Source: the human T2T-CHM13v2.0 reference genome, Homo sapiens. From it: 64,000 bases of DNA. The notes beneath the pieces are model-generated. The model worked only from the letters and a program-made list of their open reading frames with translations, ran no database searches and was not told where the DNA came from. Numbering within the stretch: the stretch's first letter is position 1; the number at the start of each line of letters is the position of its first letter. A program made the translations under genes and the position numbers. Where the stretch lies: NCBI RefSeq assembly GCF_009914755.1, contig NC_060926.1; one strand, written 5' to 3'. This document shows positions 59,434 through 64,000 of this stretch, one piece after another.

Positions 59434-60561
59434 TTTTTTGTTCATTTGTTTTTCTACTGAAACTGCTTTTGTGGAGCTAAATTGACAGTGGAGATGTTGG
59501 GTGTCCTCGAGTACAAGCTTATTATGAGCTTATTAGTTGTTCATGCTGGGTGGGAAGTGGAGTTTCTTTCTCGCACCATGAGGGAGGGGTGGAATGAAGG
59601 GGAGTCCCAGGCCAGGCAGATCCATCACAGGAGGTGGGGCGTCTTGGAGGCTCCCCTAGGAGATTCCCTCAGAGGTGACACTCGAGGTGAATTTTAAAAG
59701 GACAGTCTTAAGCAGGCAGAGGGACCATTCTCTCCTGAGACTGGGGTAGGATGTTGGCAGGTTTCAGGGGGCTGGACCCACATTGGCATTAACTTTTGAT
59801 TGGAACCAACTCTCAGGCCATGTAAAAAGGCCATGTCATCTCCGGAGCAGAGGCTGATGCCTGAACTCCAGATTCCCCCAGCTGCGGCACAATTCCAAAT
59901 TACTCAGAGGCTGCGGCCAGCTCACATGGCTCTGACTGGGGTCTCCCACTGAAGCCCCAGAAGAGCTGTCAGAAGTCCCTGTTCTGGGGCTGTCTTCAGG
60001 CCCCTGAGTCGTGGGGGCTCTGGGCTCCAAGGAGACATTTCTGCCTCACCCGGCCCAAGCCCGTCCTCCTGCTCCTCCTCCCTGGCTGCTTCCAGGCAGG
60101 GCCTGAACAGTAGTTTCCTCCTTTGGTGAAGGTGGAAAAGAGAGCAGCACCCCATTCCACAACATGTTCACCCCCTGGTCCAGCTCAGGGACCCCTAGGG
60201 CCCCTGTCTTCCTCCATTCCCCACATCCTCACAGCCGCCAAGTCCTGCTGTTCCTCTTGCCTCTGTCCCCTCCCTCAGTCCCCCTGCCCCCTCCCAGGGG
60301 GTCCACTCCTCCTGTCTCCTGCCTCTTGCTGAGGCATCCTGAACGCTGATGGATCTTTCTGGAATGCCTCTCTGATCCTGGAGTCCCCCTCTTTATCCGG
60401 TCGACTCCCTGTTGCCTAGTGAGGCAAGCAGCCTCATCTGCTGTTCCCACAGGACTGCAGGGGCCTTCACCGTCTCCTGCTCCCTGACCCCCGCCCCACC
60501 CCTGTTGCCTGGCGGCCTCCTCTGTTCACCCTGTAAATCCCTGCTGTGGCCCCCTAGATAG

Positions 60562-61121
<560 letters not shown>

Positions 61122-62098
61122 TGAATGGAGATATAGTGAGTCTGCCCTGTTGGCCAACATGGTGCCCAGAGCCCTGTACCAGGAGCCTTTTGGTGTCTGG
61201 AAAGGAAGGGAGGGAATCGCCTAGAACAAAGTATCACCTTTTTATTTGGCCCTTCTGTATGGGAGTCATCGTGAGAAACAGCCCCACATCTGAAAAAGTC
61301 ATAACTCGTGGCAGACGAGGAGCTAGTGTGCGTGTGATGCTCCTCCCTGCACTTGCCCGGACACAGCCCCCACTGGCCAGTGCTGTGCAAAGCCTGTTAG
61401 CAGCCACCCCCGCTGCCAGCCAGGCCAGCAGGGCCTCTGGGGGAGCTGGCACTCCCCAGCTCTGGAAACTTGCTCGCAGATGGAATGTGGGAGCCTGTGT
61501 CTGTCATTCGCTGAGCCACACCCCCAACAATCGGTAGGACACTCCAGGCCCAGCTGGGGGCTCTGCCAGGATGGACACAGAGGCTGCATCCTCCCTAGAT
61601 AGGGGCAAGCCAGACAGGGGCAGGGCTGGGATGCAGCCACAGTCCTGGAGGGGGCCAAGGAGAAATTCTGTGCTCTGTAGGGGGAGCCTGGCGCAGGGTG
61701 GAGTGCATGGATCATTCCAGACCTGGTGCCTGGCCCCACTTCCCCGCCAGCCTGCCTTCTCCTCTATGACCCTGGCCTAGGGATGGGAAGGAACGGGGGC
61801 AATGGATGGGGCCCATCTGGGGTCAGGCCTTCTTGCTGGGACCTGGGAGCCAGCTCAGTTTAGGAGGCCTGGGGTGCAGCGTGGAGGTGAGGGGGACAGG
61901 GAAGGAAGCTAACCCCCACCTTGCTGGACAGGGTGTATGTGAAAGCTATACCCCACCTGCTCTCTTGGGTATGGACAGCAGAGATTTAGATCTGATTACT
62001 AAGAACACCTTTCGTCATCTTCATCCACTTGTCCACCCACCTGTCCCCTCACCTGTCCCTTGCCCATCAACTCCAGTCCTGTGCCCTTCTCTCTGCAG

Positions 62099-62186
62099 CT
62101 GAAGCCCATTATCTCTGACCCTGAGTACCTGCTAGACCAGCACATCCTCATCAGCATCAAGTCCTCTGACAGCGACGAATCCTATG
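62099..62186 (+). CDS. INPP5D: INPP5D exon 22 (88 nt): LKPIISDPEYLLDQHILISIKSSDSDESY
   Basis: ctgcag|C acceptor, G|gtaagg donor. Confidence 0.97.
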
Positions 62187-62399
62187 GTAAGGGTCTGTGG
62201 GCAGGTGCCACACCTGCCTGTGAACTGGCGGCCTCTGACGTAGCATTGCCTTCAGGGGAGCTCACCTGGCACTTCCGGTCATAGGCTCCTGCCTCTCCTT
62301 TCCTCATCCCAGGGCTGCTAGTGGGACCGTCACCACTAAGTCATCCTTCCCTCCCCACTAGGCTTCTGGGCAGGACAGCCAGCAGTGGCAACCCCTTCC

Positions 62400-62590
62400 A
62401 TGTACTGAGCCTTCCCTATGTGTGAGATCTGTGCCAGGCACTTTCCAGTATCATGTGATATAACCTTGACAAGACCTTACTGTTCTCCAATGAGTAAACA
62501 GAGGCTCAGAAAGATCAAGTGACTTGCCCGAGTCATATAGGTAGTGGTGGCTGGGCCCTAGTTTGAACCCAGGCCTGCCTGCCCTTCTCT
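62400..62590 (-). mobile_element. MIR
   Basis: atgagtaaacagaggctcagaaagatcaagtgacttgcccgagtcat...tttgaacccagg. Confidence 0.8.
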
Positions 62591-63297
62591 GCTTCTCAAG
62601 TGTCCTGAGTCAGCCTTCTCAGCTCACAGGTCTGGAGCTGCGGACTCCCCTCTGCTGACCCAGTCTCTAAAACACCTGCTCAGGCACAAAGGGGCTGCTC
62701 CTTCTGCCCCCAAGGAGCCACCCTCTGCCCGAAGACCCCCTCTCCCCAGCCAGAGCAATTTGGGCTGAGGTGTCGTTCAGGGTCCCCTGAGTGGGACTTG
62801 GGGTGCTGGAAACACCAGCTCAGGGCTCTCTGGTCTTCTGCTCAGCATCGCCTGGTGCCCAGACCAGGCAGGCTGTGGAGGCCCACAGCCAGAGAGACAG
62901 CAGGGGCTTTTGTACCATCTCTGCCTGTTTGTGGCTCCAGCCCAAAGTCAGGCTCACCCTTGCTAGACCACATGTGTGGCTAGACCATGGGGTGAGAGAG
63001 GCAGAGAGAGCCTGGAGGGGACAGAGAGAGGCAGGAAGCAGGAGCCAGGCCAAGCCTCTCCTTACAAGCCAAGCTAAGAGCAAATACCTTATCCCGAGGG
63101 CAGTAGGGAGCCATTGAAGATTCAAGCAAGGAAGTAACAGGATCAGATTCACATCTTGGAAATCCGCATCTGCAGTGATCAAGACGACAGATGAGTGAGC
63201 CAGAATAGAAGTAGTGACAGTAAAAAAGGAGAGAAGCGGATGACATTGAGAGGAATGGAGTAGAAAACTGTCTGGGCCTGGGATTGGGGAAAGGGTC

Positions 63298-63686
63298 TGT
63301 ATTAGTCTGTTCTCATGTTGCTGTAAGGACATACTTAAGACGGGTAATTTATAAAGGAAAGAGGTGTAATTGACTCACAGTTCTGCAGGGCTGGGGAGGC
63401 CTCAGGAAACTTACAATCATGGCAGAAGAGGAAGCAAACACATCCTTTTCACATGATGGCAGGAAGGAGAAGTGGGTGCCCATTGATAGGGGAAGCTCCT
63501 TATAAAACCATCAGATCTCTTGAGAACTCACTCACCATCACCATCACTATCACTATTGAGAAAAGGATGGGGGAAACCACCCCCATGATTCAATTATCTC
63601 CACCTGGTCCCTCCAATGACACATGGGGATTGTGGGAACGACAATTCAAGAAGAGATTTGGGTGGGGACACAGCCAAACCATATCA
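63298..63686 (-). mobile_element. THE1-family MaLR solo LTR, antisense to INPP5D
   Basis: TGTATTAGTC...CCAAACCATATCA termini; perfect 5-bp TSD GGGTC. Confidence 0.95.
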
Positions 63687-64000
63687 GGGTCTGAGCGGCT
63701 GCATGAATGATGCTTCTACTTCTTGCACTGGGTTAGATGCAGTGCCGCGGGTAAGGGAGACCAAGGCACAGCCACAGCGTATGAGGAAGACCAGAATGCT
63801 GTTGTGCTGGGGACACCATCAGAAGAGTTGGGTCAAGGAGAGGGTGTGGTTACAATAGCAAATGTGGCCAAGGGACCCAACACAAAGACCAAGCGTCTCT
63901 TAGATGGAGATACTCAGACCATCAGCAGACTTGGTGAGCGCAGTGTCCGTGGAAGAGCTGGGGTGACATCAGACCTCAGCACTTAGGAGTGAACAAAGCA

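Overview
Human (primate) genomic DNA from the interior of INPP5D (SHIP1, SH2-containing inositol 5-phosphatase) on the + strand. Eighteen GT-AG exons (reference exons 5-22, 1,922 nt) splice into one uninterrupted frame covering about residues 175-816. That stretch spans the inter-domain region, the PH-related domain, the whole 5-phosphatase domain (WFGDLNYR and PSWCDRVL motifs) and most of the C2 domain. The SH2 exons and the proline-rich tail lie outside the window. The introns hold about 40 Alu/FLAM copies, old L1/L2/MIR, solo LTRs (two THE1, LTR15-like, MER21-like, MER34-like, MLT1), DNA-transposon fossils (MER5A, MER20, three MER53, MER58, Tigger3, a MADE1 half) and four large complex tandem arrays. 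I see no evidence of a new self-contained multi-gene system, and nearly all ORF-track entries are repeat artefacts. The best leads concern isoform control and local DNA rearrangement: the s-SHIP/SIP-110 internal start with an overlapping strong-Kozak uORF and transposon-associated Oct/Sox motifs; a frameshifting alternative acceptor and a recursive-like AG|GTAAC at exon 12; a candidate intron-14 promoter; a templated ~215-bp duplication inside an LTR; a recent trimeric Alu; nested elements; and two template-switch palindromes. Exon numbers and repeat family names come from recall of reference and consensus sequences, and repeat boundaries are approximate.
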